Part shown: one piece after another, positions 10,210-20,002 of the stretch
How positions within the stretch are numbered: the stretch's first letter is position 1
Layout: each line of letters starts with the position of its first letter
Assembly (NCBI GenBank): GCA_963694865.1
Contig: CAVOFA010000001.1
Location: 755 to 64,754 of the forward strand
DNA from: Gammaproteobacteria bacterium
GTDB lineage: Bacteria; Pseudomonadota; Gammaproteobacteria; Pseudomonadales; Pseudohongiellaceae
Length of the DNA stretch: 64,000 bases
Reading direction: 5' to 3'
Program-made: the position numbers and the translations under genes
The notes under the pieces: generated by a model
What the model was told of the DNA's origin: nothing
Seen by the model: only the letters and a program-made list of their open reading frames with translations
Databases searched by the model: none

Positions 10210-12354
10210 TTATTTGCTTAGAACCCACGAGAATGGGTTCAATGCGGCTATTATTTTTTTCCAGGTGACAACATTGTGTTGAATTTCTGTGCCGACTTCA
10301 GCCCGCAGCGCAGACCATTTCGCGCTATCAAGCTGTCGGGAATCGGCGTTGCCCAGGGCCTGGTTTAGATGGTAACGCGTGATCGATTTTAGTGTCGGTG
10401 CCGTACTGCCGACCCGGTCGGCGAATTGTTCACGACTCTCGCCGTAGTTGCGGTGCAAGCCTACGGCGGCCAATTGGTCCAGCGTGGCACGATACACTAC
10501 CCGGTATTGTTTGTTGGCGCCAGCATGTGCAGGTATCCACAGACGATAGTATTTAACGCCATAGGCACACACAAGCGTGAGCAGGATTATCGAGTAGATG
10601 ATGTTGAGTAAGGTTTGAAGCTCGATAAATGACGTTTGCCGGGACTGGAGAAAGTCGTCAAACGAGGTCTGGTTTCGCAACATGTCACCCAGTAGTTGCT
10701 GCAAACTGTCCTGCGGGTCCGTGGTCATATCAACCAGCGTCTGCTGGGGTGCCGGATCGACTATCACCCAGCCGATGCCTTCGAAATAAATCTCCGGCCA
10801 GGCGTGGCCGTGTACCGCTTGGATAAGCAGAGCAGAACCCCCAGAGCGGTTACTTTCGGGCACGGAGTAGCCTATGCCCACGCGAGCGGGAATGCCGAGA
10901 CTGCGAAACATATACGTTGCAGCAAAGGAAAAATGCATGCAGTAACCGGTAAGGTCGCCAAACAGAAAAGAGGCGGCGGGGTCGGTTTCATAGGCATGTT
11001 GATTCTTTAAACTGTAGATGCCGTTTTCATCCAAATAGGTTTTTACGGCCCAGGCTTTGGCGAAGGGGTCGTCTGCATATTCCGGTTTCAGGTCGGCAAT
11101 CAGGGTTTCGGCAAGCTGCTGGTAACGGGCATCATCTGGAATGGTTAAATACTCTTGCCAGACTTGCTCGGACCAATCTTCCCGGCCTACTTCTCTACCG
11201 ATTAAATCATTGAAATCGAATTCCGGTGCCAGCGAGTAAGAATCGTAGGTGCGCTTGAATCTCAGATTGTTTGGGTTCGGCGTGTCCTGATAGGCAATCG
11301 GGCTGTCGAGGCCAAAGGGTGAGCGATGGGAAACCAGCAGGCCGATGCTGGTTCGTACGGCGGTGCGCGCGTTCGCCGCCGGTGGTAATTGCGCTGTCTC
11401 CACTCTGTCGTTAGTAAAATGTTCGATTAAATCCTGGTCCATGTCGTCCCTGGTGGTGAAATCGAGCAGGGTGCGATTGAATTGGGAGTAGGCGGATTCC
11501 CGAAAGTAATAGGAGCCATTGACCGCCGCATAGTCATCACGGAACACCACTACCGCCACCGGAGCATCCTTGTTCTCAGACTCGTTCTCGCCATCTCGAA
11601 ACGGGTTTTCCTGTTGGGTGCTGCTGCCAGAACCCTCGCTCCCGGTCAGACCGAGGTCGTCGGTGAGCTGCGGCGTAGGCAAGCCGAAGGTGCGCACATA
11701 GAGCACCAAAGAGAAGCAAAGCAAGCCCAACACCGCAAAGTGGTAAGGCAGTCGCTTCTGATTGTTTTCCAGCATTAACAACGCTGCCAGCGACAACACC
11801 GCTGCGCTTCCAAGTGCCATCAAGATCGATGCAGGATCGATGCCCCGGATCAGGGCAAAATCTCCGATGAAGAAGGGGCGATGGATCATGCCGTTGCGAT
11901 GCGCCGACAAGGTAATGACAAAGGCGGTGGCAACAAAGAAAATTTCCAGCACTGAGCCAAAGCTGGTGCGGTGGGCCAGGGTTCTTAGTAACGCCACCAC
12001 TGACAAACTAAGCGTGAACCACTGGATAAATTCACTGGCGTTAAAAGCGAAGATCGGCGAGATCAGGCTGGCGAGAATGCTGGTGCTGGTCAACACGGTA
12101 GCGACGATTAAGCCCAGCACGAACACGCCAGCACAGCCAAGTACTATGGACAGCAGACGCAAGTGCTTGAGAGGCGGACGGTTTATGCCCCAGTCCACCA
12201 GGTAACAAGCCAGCAGACAGCCCAGCAAGGCAGCCACGGAGCCGCTAATTACGGTGAGGGAAAGGCTCAAAACCCAGAGGCCGCCGGCAATAATGATTGC
12301 GCGTAGGCTGGTGGGCAAAAAGTGCTGCGATGAAGACTCTGGTGTAGTTAACAT
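10210..12354 (-). CDS. Transglutaminase-like membrane protein (TgpA-type)
   Basis: 714 aa with a multi-TM N-terminal half. The transglutaminase core triad context is Cys (LTGYCMHFS), His (GHAWPEIY) and Asp (WVIVDP). Confidence 0.85.
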   Translation of the reverse strand: MLTTPESSSQHFLPTSLRAIIIAGGLWVLSLSLTVISGSVAALLGCLLACYLVDWGINRPPLKHLRLLSIVLGCAGVFVLGLIVATVLTSTSILASLISPIFAFNASEFIQWFTLSLSVVALLRTLAHRTSFGSVLEIFFVATAFVITLSAHRNGMIHRPFFIGDFALIRGIDPASILMALGSAAVLSLAALLMLENNQKRLPYHFAVLGLLCFSLVLYVRTFGLPTPQLTDDLGLTGSEGSGSSTQQENPFRDGENESENKDAPVAVVVFRDDYAAVNGSYYFRESAYSQFNRTLLDFTTRDDMDQDLIEHFTNDRVETAQLPPAANARTAVRTSIGLLVSHRSPFGLDSPIAYQDTPNPNNLRFKRTYDSYSLAPEFDFNDLIGREVGREDWSEQVWQEYLTIPDDARYQQLAETLIADLKPEYADDPFAKAWAVKTYLDENGIYSLKNQHAYETDPAASFLFGDLTGYCMHFSFAATYMFRSLGIPARVGIGYSVPESNRSGGSALLIQAVHGHAWPEIYFEGIGWVIVDPAPQQTLVDMTTDPQDSLQQLLGDMLRNQTSFDDFLQSRQTSFIELQTLLNIIYSIILLTLVCAYGVKYYRLWIPAHAGANKQYRVVYRATLDQLAAVGLHRNYGESREQFADRVGSTAPTLKSITRYHLNQALGNADSRQLDSAKWSALRAEVGTEIQHNVVTWKKIIAALNPFSWVLSK

Positions 12355-12392
12355 AAGCTCGTTGACTCAGTGGGCCCACAGTAGGTCCAGTA

Positions 12393-13709
12393 TTACACTT
12401 TTCTCAGGTTCTGATCGAAGCTGAGACCGGTTTTCCTGTCTACAATCAGGGTTGATTCTACTAGCTGGCTCAGATCGGTCAACAATTTGAGCAAATCAGT
12501 CCTGGAACCCCCATTCTCGCCGGTGTTATTGCGACTGTGCTCTTCGTTTTGCAGGAACAGGCGCTGCCACAGCCTGGGGGCAGGGATGTCATTTATACCG
12601 TCGGTAGCCAGTACTAGTGAGAACTGACCGGAATAACGCGCAATAGTGTTCTTTAAGGGCTCCAGCCAGGGTGCCAATTCGGCTGCGGCAAAGACGATGC
12701 AATGGGCGCCAGCCTGGCCCACAGCGTGAGCCAGAAATCTGTCCAGGCCATAGCTGTGCGGGATCCCCATTACTCTGGATTTGGCCACTGCTTCGAGAGC
12801 AGTGGCCAAGGATTCACAGGGCTGTTCGGTGCCGTCGGCAGCAAATGCCCAGTCTTCCCCCAGCACGCCGGATTCCAGGGCGATCCTGGCAACGGCCGCA
12901 GCGGCTTCATCGCAGTCACTGCTCAACAAGTAGGCGACAGTGCGACGACTGTGGAAGACGCTCTTCTCAGCCAGGCGCACGTTTAATTGTCGATTTCGGG
13001 CGTAGACTTTCCACATGATATTACGCACGGAATCACCTGGCACATAGGGGCGGATTTCCATGCGATCGCCGTCAGGGTTGCCGGACGGGTTAGGTATGCC
13101 ATCTTCCGCTGTCAGTGAGCGTAATAGCGGCAGCGGCTTCACGGTATTGGTTCTGGGCAACACCATGCAGGGAATTTCTTGAGTTTGTCGCCATGAATAG
13201 CGGCAAAAACCGAGCACATCAGCAACTGTGAATTGCCTGATGATAGTATTGGACTGGCAACGCTTAAGCGGAATAATTTCTTCGACTAGCTGATTGTTAG
13301 CCGCAACTCGAATTCGGGTCTGCAGGTAGTCGGGATGGCTAACGCGCCAGGAGAGTTTTACCAGTGGCAAGAAATTTGGTGTCGGCAGAGCGAATCCGGT
13401 TTCATTCGGAAAACCCGCTTCAGCACGAATTGGCTCATAGTCATCGCCATGTTGGGTGAGCCGATTGTGAATACGCCGTTGCAAGACGATGCCACTGACG
13501 ACGGCACAAAACAGGCTGAATATTAATATCGCCAGCGCACAGATGGTGAGAGAAAAAATGACCAGGTCCATGGAGCCGTAGCCATAGACTTTTAACACAA
13601 GAGCAGTGAGACCGAGCGTGATAGTACCCTGTAGAGTGAGGGGGAACAGCCCGGCAAGGGTGTTCAGCGCACGCATCACCAATGAATTGTGAATCTCAAA
13701 TCTGATCAT
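12393..13709 (-). CDS. DUF58 domain protein (MoxR-associated, vWA-like) with N-terminal TM helices
   Basis: 438 aa. It carries the DUF58 signature (MEIRPYVPGDSVRNIMWKVYARNRQL) and two N-terminal hydrophobic segments. Confidence 0.8.
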   Translation of the reverse strand: MIRFEIHNSLVMRALNTLAGLFPLTLQGTITLGLTALVLKVYGYGSMDLVIFSLTICALAILIFSLFCAVVSGIVLQRRIHNRLTQHGDDYEPIRAEAGFPNETGFALPTPNFLPLVKLSWRVSHPDYLQTRIRVAANNQLVEEIIPLKRCQSNTIIRQFTVADVLGFCRYSWRQTQEIPCMVLPRTNTVKPLPLLRSLTAEDGIPNPSGNPDGDRMEIRPYVPGDSVRNIMWKVYARNRQLNVRLAEKSVFHSRRTVAYLLSSDCDEAAAAVARIALESGVLGEDWAFAADGTEQPCESLATALEAVAKSRVMGIPHSYGLDRFLAHAVGQAGAHCIVFAAAELAPWLEPLKNTIARYSGQFSLVLATDGINDIPAPRLWQRLFLQNEEHSRNNTGENGGSRTDLLKLLTDLSQLVESTLIVDRKTGLSFDQNLRKV

Positions 13710-13789
13710 TGGCTTTGCAGTTAGTCATGGCTCCTGCTGTTCACGCTGTGTGGATTGGCGGATTTGTACAATGGCTTGGTTTGTTCTTT

Positions 13790-15727
13790 TTATCGATTTA
13801 CTCTATTTTCAATTAATTGATCCACCACCGCCGGCTCAGCCAGCGTGGTTATATCTCCCAGATTATCCAATTCGTTAGCCGCAATCTTGCGCAGAATTCG
13901 GCGCATAATTTTTCCCGAACGGGTCTTCGGCAGGCTCGGAGCAAACTGAATGATTTCTGGCCTGGCAAAGGCACCAATTTCCTTACCGACGAATTTTTCT
14001 AACTCGGTGCGCAATTCCTCGGATTCTTCAACATCAGCCATCAGGGTGACATAGGCATAAATACCCTGGCCTTTAATAGCATGGGGGTAATCCACCACCG
14101 CGGCTTCTGCGACCTGGGAATGCAGAACCAGGGCGCTTTCTATTTCTGCGGTGCCCAGTCTGTGGCCAGAGACGTTAATGACATCATCCACCCGTCCTGT
14201 TACCCAGTAGTAGCCATCTGCATCGCGACGGGCGCTGTCACCGGTGAAGTAGTAGCCTGGATAGGTCGTAAAATAGGTATCTATGCAGCGCTGGTGATCG
14301 CCGTAGATGCTTCGTATCTGACTGGGCCAACTCTGGCACAGCACCAGGTTGCCGGTATTGGCACCCTCCAATTCCTTACCCTCTGCATCCAGCAGCGCCG
14401 GTTTCACGCCGAAGAACGGAATACTGGCCGAACCCGGTTTTAAATCGCTGACGCCGGGCAGGGGCGTGATCATGATGGCGCCGGTTTCCGTCTGCCACCA
14501 GGTGTCGACGATGGCGCAGCGGGCTTCACCGACGACGTGGTAGTACCACTCCCAGGCCTCCGGGTTTATGGGCTCACCTACCGAGCCCAGCAGCCGCAGC
14601 GAGCTTCGCGAGGTACGGGTAACAGGCTCGTCACCCACCGCCATCAGGGCGCGGATAGCGGTTGGCGCGGTGTAGAATATATTAACCTGGTGTTTATCTA
14701 TTACCTGCCAGAAGCGAGAAGCGTCGGGGTAAGTGGGAACGCCTTCGAACATGAGAGTGATGGCACCATTAGCCAGCGGTCCATAGACTATGTAGGAGTG
14801 ACCGGTTACCCAGCCAACGTCTGCGGTACACCAATAGACGTCACCGTCATGATAATCGAACACATACTTATGTGTGATACATGCCCCCAACAGGTAGCCT
14901 GCGGTGGTGTGCAGCACGCCTTTCGGCTTACCGGTCGAGCCGGATGTATATAAAATAAACAGCGGATCTTCTGCGTCCATTAGTTCTGGTTCGCACTGGT
15001 CGCTCTCAGCAAGGGTAGCCTTGTGATAGCAAACGTCCCGAGCGTCGATCCAGGGTACTTCGGCATTGGTGCGTCTGACCACAAAGACAGAATGAACCTT
15101 GGGGCAACTCTCCAGCGCAGCATCAACATTCGCCTTCAGAGCAATAGTCTTGCCGCCCCTGACGCCTTCATCGGCGGTGATAACGGTTTGGCAATCGGAG
15201 TCCAGGATTCGATCTTTCAACGATTCCGGTGAGAAACCACCGAAGACCACGGAGTGAATAGCGCCGATGCGGGCGCATGCCAGCATGGCGTAGGCGGCCT
15301 CGGGAATCATGGGCATGTAGATGCAGACCCGATCGCCCTTGGCCACACCCCTGGCTTTTAATGCATTGGCGAATTTGCAGACATGACTGTGTAATTCGCG
15401 GTAGCTAATTTCCTTGGCATCGCTCGGCTCGTCGCCTTCCCAGATAATTGCAGTCTGATCGCCTCTGCGTTCCAGGTGCCTGTCTATGCAGTTGAAGGCG
15501 ACGTTGAGCTTGGCGCCGGCAAACCATTTCGCTTGCGCCGTGCGGAAGTCGCTTTCACAGACTGACTTCCAGGGTTTGTGCCAGTGGAGTAATTCACCTG
15601 CCTGTTCGGCCCAGAATTCCTCGGGAGAGTCTATGGACTGCTGATAGAGCTCCTGGTAGCGGGCTGCATCCATGTGGCTGCGCTGCTTCGCCGCTGCTGT
15701 GACTTTATAAATTTTGTCTTCGGACAT
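13790..15727 (-). CDS. acs: Acetyl-CoA synthetase
   Basis: It has the AMP-binding motif [12 protein letters not shown], the block WWQTETG, and the C-terminal [13 protein letters not shown]. The ORF opens at 15742, but MSEDKIYKV... (ATG 15727) matches the usual Acs N-terminus. Confidence 0.95.
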   Translation of the reverse strand: MSEDKIYKVTAAAKQRSHMDAARYQELYQQSIDSPEEFWAEQAGELLHWHKPWKSVCESDFRTAQAKWFAGAKLNVAFNCIDRHLERRGDQTAIIWEGDEPSDAKEISYRELHSHVCKFANALKARGVAKGDRVCIYMPMIPEAAYAMLACARIGAIHSVVFGGFSPESLKDRILDSDCQTVITADEGVRGGKTIALKANVDAALESCPKVHSVFVVRRTNAEVPWIDARDVCYHKATLAESDQCEPELMDAEDPLFILYTSGSTGKPKGVLHTTAGYLLGACITHKYVFDYHDGDVYWCTADVGWVTGHSYIVYGPLANGAITLMFEGVPTYPDASRFWQVIDKHQVNIFYTAPTAIRALMAVGDEPVTRTSRSSLRLLGSVGEPINPEAWEWYYHVVGEARCAIVDTWWQTETGAIMITPLPGVSDLKPGSASIPFFGVKPALLDAEGKELEGANTGNLVLCQSWPSQIRSIYGDHQRCIDTYFTTYPGYYFTGDSARRDADGYYWVTGRVDDVINVSGHRLGTAEIESALVLHSQVAEAAVVDYPHAIKGQGIYAYVTLMADVEESEELRTELEKFVGKEIGAFARPEIIQFAPSLPKTRSGKIMRRILRKIAANELDNLGDITTLAEPAVVDQLIENRVNR

Positions 15728-15882
15728 TAATCGTACCTGCATTCAATTTTGGTGAATTATTGTTAATTACTACGTGTTAACAAGGCTAAAAAAGTGGCTG
15801 AAGAGTATGCCTCAAAGCACAGGGCTACTCAAATGCAGGAATTGCCAGAGCCCCAGGGTATAGCTGTGTGCTGACCAGGCCC

Positions 15883-16737
15883 TCAGGCGCTTATTTCAAA
15901 TCGAATATTGTCGATTAGGCGGCTGGCACCTATATAACCCGCAGCCAGAATCACGAAGTGCGATTCATCCGCCTGCGCCAACTGTAAGCTGGTGGAATTG
16001 CAGATGCTGAAATAATCAGGCTTTATACCGGCGTCTTCGAGCTTGAGTTTAGCGCTGGATTCCAGCTTAAGGTACTCACGATTACCGCCCTCGATGGCGG
16101 CGGCGGTGTCGGTCAGACATCGATAGATGAGTGCGGCGGTTTGCAATTGTTCAGTACTGAGGTAGTTGTTTCTGGAACTCAGAGCCAGACCACTTTCGGT
16201 TCGCCTGGTCTCAACACCCACGATTTCCACAGCGAGAGCCAGGTCGCTCACCATCTTCTTGATGACCAGAAATTGCTGATAATCTTTTAAACCAAAGAAT
16301 GCTTGCTGCGGTTGTACGATGTTGAGTAATTTGTTGACGATTGTCGCCACACCATCGAAATGCCCCGGGCGACTGGAACCACAAAATCCTGCCGACAATC
16401 CCGGAACATGGATGAGGCTCTGTTGATCCAGGTTGGAGCCGTAAAGTTGATCGACGCCGGGGGCAAAAAGAAAGTCACAACCGACTGCTGTCAGTTTGTT
16501 TTTATCTGCTTCCAGAGTGCGAGGATAGGCATCGAGGTCTTCATTGGCACCAAATTGCAGGGGGTTGACAAAAATGCTGCTGACCACGCAGTCGGTGCTG
16601 GCCTTTGCCGCTTGCACCAATTTGATGTGACCGGCGTGGAGGTTACCCATGGTCGGGACCAGGCCGATCGATGCTTTATTGGCGCGGGCTTCGCTCAGCG
16701 CGTTCCTCAGTTCATTTTTTTGGGTGATGGTGCGCAT
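15883..16737 (-). CDS. panC: Pantoate--beta-alanine ligase
   Basis: 284 aa. It has PTMGNLHAGHIKLV (HxGH) and a typical PanC length. Confidence 0.95.
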   Translation of the reverse strand: MRTITQKNELRNALSEARANKASIGLVPTMGNLHAGHIKLVQAAKASTDCVVSSIFVNPLQFGANEDLDAYPRTLEADKNKLTAVGCDFLFAPGVDQLYGSNLDQQSLIHVPGLSAGFCGSSRPGHFDGVATIVNKLLNIVQPQQAFFGLKDYQQFLVIKKMVSDLALAVEIVGVETRRTESGLALSSRNNYLSTEQLQTAALIYRCLTDTAAAIEGGNREYLKLESSAKLKLEDAGIKPDYFSICNSTSLQLAQADESHFVILAAGYIGASRLIDNIRFEISA

Positions 16738-16756
16738 GGACTGAGAACTGAAGGCT

Positions 16757-17569
16757 TTAGTTAAAGCACTGTTCGTCGGCGGGAAAAGATTGGGTTTTAA
16801 CGGCCTTTACATAGTCCGCTATCGCCCCCGGTATACCCGCGGTTGAACCGGTCATGAAATCCTTAACGAATTTTGGTGTTATCGGAGATATCCCCAGTAC
16901 ATCATGTAGCACCATGATTTGAGCGGTGGTGTCTGGCCCCGCTCCGATTCCGATCACCGGTATATCAAGCGTGTCGGTGACGGTTTTACCGAGACTGCGA
17001 GGAACGCATTCCAATAACAATATGCTTGCGCCTGCGTTCTGCAACAGTTGAGCCTCTGCAATTATTGCCTGGGCCTGGTCCGGATCTCGCCCCTGAGCGT
17101 GAAATCCGCCTATTCGATTTACCGACTGCGGAGTAAGACCCATATGGGCGCAAACAGGAATTCCACGCTCGGCCAGCAGGCGGGTAGTGTTTTCGATCCA
17201 GGCTCCACCCTCCAGTTTTACTATGTGCGCCCCGGCACGCATCAGGCGGGCAGCATTTTCCAGTGTCTGCGACTCCGAGGCATAGCTCATAAACGGCAGG
17301 TCTGCCATCAACAGGGCGCCCCGATTGCCACGTTTGACGCACTTCATATGGTAAATCATGTCGTCCATGGTGACGGGGAGGGTGCTGTCGTGCCCCTGCA
17401 GTACCATTCCCAATGAATCTCCCACTAACAGCACCTCGACTCCGGCATTGCAGCAGATAGAGGCAAAACAGGCATCGTAGGCTGTGAGACAGGCGAATTT
17501 CTCGCCACCTTGCCTAATCTTGCGCAGAGTGGTCAGGGTTACGGTTTTGTTGATTGTCTGTGTACTCAT
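16757..17569 (-). CDS. panB: 3-methyl-2-oxobutanoate hydroxymethyltransferase
   Basis: 270 aa. It has the blocks [15 protein letters not shown] and VKLEGG. Confidence 0.95.
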   Translation of the reverse strand: MSTQTINKTVTLTTLRKIRQGGEKFACLTAYDACFASICCNAGVEVLLVGDSLGMVLQGHDSTLPVTMDDMIYHMKCVKRGNRGALLMADLPFMSYASESQTLENAARLMRAGAHIVKLEGGAWIENTTRLLAERGIPVCAHMGLTPQSVNRIGGFHAQGRDPDQAQAIIAEAQLLQNAGASILLLECVPRSLGKTVTDTLDIPVIGIGAGPDTTAQIMVLHDVLGISPITPKFVKDFMTGSTAGIPGAIADYVKAVKTQSFPADEQCFN

Positions 17570-17654
17570 CGTCTATTGATTTATAGTCGCGTGTCGGCGT
17601 TGCTCGCGGATGATGTAGACCTTGTCGGCAGCAACCACAGAGGCCATTGCCATG

Positions 17655-18323
17655 CTACAGCAAAGACGGCCGGGGATTGAAATAGTGCGTTCCAATTGGC
17701 AGGGTCAGAATATAGTCGACTAGTTGCTGATAGTCATCATCATTTGCGACTAAATCTATCTCGGCACAATTTACTATAAGCAGGGAAGTGCCCTTGAAAT
17801 AGTGAAAGAACTCGGCGTAGGCATCATTCAGATTCTGCAGATAGCTCAATTCTATAAGCTGTTCCGCCTCTATGCCGCGTTTTCGAACTCTGTCAAGAAG
17901 CACGGAAGTGGGGGCCTGCAGGTAGATTACCAGGTTCGGGGTTGGAGCGTCGATGGTCAGATGCCGGAATACCTTAAGGTAAAGTTCATATTCTTCCGGA
18001 TCCAGATTTTGCTGTGCGAATAACATGTCTTTATCAATGAGAAAATCCGCCACCCGGACCGGTTCGAACATGTCATTTTGACGTAGTTCCTGAATTTGCT
18101 GCGAGCGCTGAAACAGAAAGAACAATTGCGTTGATAGCGCATACTGTCTGGGGTTTTGGTAGAAGCGCTGCAGAAAGGGATTTTCATCGCTGTTTTCCAG
18201 CAAGACATCGTAGTTGAAACTTGCCGCGAGTCTCTTTGCCAGGCTGGTTTTACCAACGCCTATAGGACCTTCAATTGCAATGAAACGAGGTAGTTCCCTG
18301 ACGAAGGCGGCGTTCTGTGTCAC
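17655..18323 (-). CDS. Deoxynucleoside kinase family protein
   Basis: 222 aa with a P-loop (IAIEGPIGVGKTSLAKRL) and dNK-like blocks. Its GTG start overlaps the pcnB stop (GTGA at 18320-18323). Confidence 0.8.
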   Translation of the reverse strand: MTQNAAFVRELPRFIAIEGPIGVGKTSLAKRLAASFNYDVLLENSDENPFLQRFYQNPRQYALSTQLFFLFQRSQQIQELRQNDMFEPVRVADFLIDKDMLFAQQNLDPEEYELYLKVFRHLTIDAPTPNLVIYLQAPTSVLLDRVRKRGIEAEQLIELSYLQNLNDAYAEFFHYFKGTSLLIVNCAEIDLVANDDDYQQLVDYILTLPIGTHYFNPRPSLL

Positions 18324-19675
18324 TCGGTGTTACCGGAGGGTTTGCGTTTGCGACGACGTCTGCGTTTGCTTCCAGATTGCTCCACCGCTCCCGTTATTCC
18401 AGCTCGCTGATCGGTATCAGCGATTTGGAAGTCCGTCCACCATTGGCCCAGCATATTGAGTTCTTCGCCGGCCTCTTCTCTCAACAGCAGAAAATCGTAG
18501 GCTGCGCGAAAACGGGGGTGGTTAAATGTGCTCTCAATGCTACGGCGATTGTGCTTTTCAATGCGCAGTTGCAGTTCCCATATTTCTTTTGCAGCCAGCG
18601 TGAAGCGTTTGGGAATTGCCGTGAAATCCAGTTGCTCACGTAAGGTGGCATTGGCCGCTTGTTGGAAGCGCTGATACTCGCTGCCTTCTGCGCTGGCTGC
18701 CGCTTGCAGGCGTTGTTGTAACACCGGCCAGAGCAATGCCGCGAATAGAAAGTAAGGTGTAACGGATTTTCCCTCAGCTAGGCGGTTGTCTGTGTTACGC
18801 AGCGCCAGGTCCACCAGTGTGCGTTCACAGTCGCCTGCATCTTCCAGCGCCGCCAGGGTTGGTCCAAACAGGTATTTGCCGACTTCGAATTCTCGCAGCA
18901 GGCCAAATGTGACCTCGGCGTGTCCGTTAGTAAATAGTTTAAGGGTCTCATCGAATAATCGTGCTGGCGAGATAGATTCCAGTAAATGGGCCAGTTCGTT
19001 AATGGGGTGCCTGGTGCTGGCCTCGATAGTGAACCCCAGCTTTGCCGAAAACCGAATGGCTCTGAGCATGCGCACCGGGTCTTCCCGATAGCGTGCCGAG
19101 GGGTCGCCAATCATGCGAATTTTTTTGCTTCTCAAATCGTCCATGCCGCCGCTGAAATCCAGCACCTGGAAGTTATTGAGGGTGTAATAGAGTGCATTTA
19201 CCGTGAAATCACGGCGCAGCGCGTCTTCGTTGATGTCGCCGTAGACATTGTCCCGGAGAATCATCCCGGTGCTGGAGTGCGCGGAATCCAGGCCTTTTAT
19301 CTGCCTTCTGGAAGCGTCGTCTGCGATCTGATTCTGGGCGTCATGGTGGGCGCGAAATGTAGTGACTTCAATAATTTCCCGGCCATAGCGAATATGCACA
19401 ATCTTAAAACGTCGGCCTATAATCCGCGCGTTGCGGAATAACTTTCTAAGTTCTTCAGGCGTTGCATTGGTGGTGATGTCGAAGTCTTTGGGCTGCAATC
19501 CCAGCAATAAATCTCGGACCCCGCCGCCTACCAGGTAGGCATGAAATCCTCCGTCAGTTAGTTTGTATAAAACTTTAAGAGCACTGGGGGAAATATTGCT
19601 GCGTGAAACTGTGTGCTGGTCTCGTTCGATCAGCGTTGCGTTTTCAAGTCCCGGTAGCGGGTTGGTGTGAATCAT
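18320..19675 (-). CDS. pcnB: Poly(A) polymerase I
   Basis: 451 aa. It has the nucleotidyltransferase head (LVGGGVRDLLLG, DFDI), a tRNA-NT/PAP body and a basic C-terminal tail (KRRRRRKRK). Confidence 0.9.
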   Translation of the reverse strand: MIHTNPLPGLENATLIERDQHTVSRSNISPSALKVLYKLTDGGFHAYLVGGGVRDLLLGLQPKDFDITTNATPEELRKLFRNARIIGRRFKIVHIRYGREIIEVTTFRAHHDAQNQIADDASRRQIKGLDSAHSSTGMILRDNVYGDINEDALRRDFTVNALYYTLNNFQVLDFSGGMDDLRSKKIRMIGDPSARYREDPVRMLRAIRFSAKLGFTIEASTRHPINELAHLLESISPARLFDETLKLFTNGHAEVTFGLLREFEVGKYLFGPTLAALEDAGDCERTLVDLALRNTDNRLAEGKSVTPYFLFAALLWPVLQQRLQAAASAEGSEYQRFQQAANATLREQLDFTAIPKRFTLAAKEIWELQLRIEKHNRRSIESTFNHPRFRAAYDFLLLREEAGEELNMLGQWWTDFQIADTDQRAGITGAVEQSGSKRRRRRKRKPSGNTE

Positions 19676-19974
19676 TACTTATGGATTCGCTGTGCAGAAG
19701 AGTGGAGGAAAGCCAGGCGCTTGTCTATCCAGTTGACAGGCCTATCAGCAGGAATTTACGCGCTGGTCGACTGCTTGTATCTGAATTCTTAGTGCAAGTT
19801 ATGGTGCAAATAATAGTTCAATACAGCTAGCGTAACACGGACGGCGTTGGATGAAACGGCCTATTGCGGATGAGCGCTTCAGGACTCGCAAGACATTACT
19901 GTATTGTTCGGAGGTGCCCCAGAATCCTGGATGAAACTCAGCCCGGTTTGACTTGTGGTGAGAGGGAAGATCAT

Positions 19975-20002
19975 GGGGGGGGGGTGATTACACCCCCCCC
20001 CC
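19975..20002. repeat. G10-TGATTACA-C10 palindrome (12-bp stem, 4-nt loop) built from two homopolymer tracts
   Basis: Direct reading gives G x10 at 19975-19984, tgattaca at 19985-19992 and C x10 at 19993-20002. T85-A92 and G86-C91 extend the stem, and the loop is ATTA. Confidence 0.95.

Noticed and set aside
15833-15847. Sigma-54-like sequence upstream of acs (minus strand TGGCAATTCCTGCAT)
   Set aside because: The GC dinucleotide falls 2 nt too close to the GG (GG-N8-GC instead of GG-N10-GC). The spacing is critical, so I do not call it a promoter.
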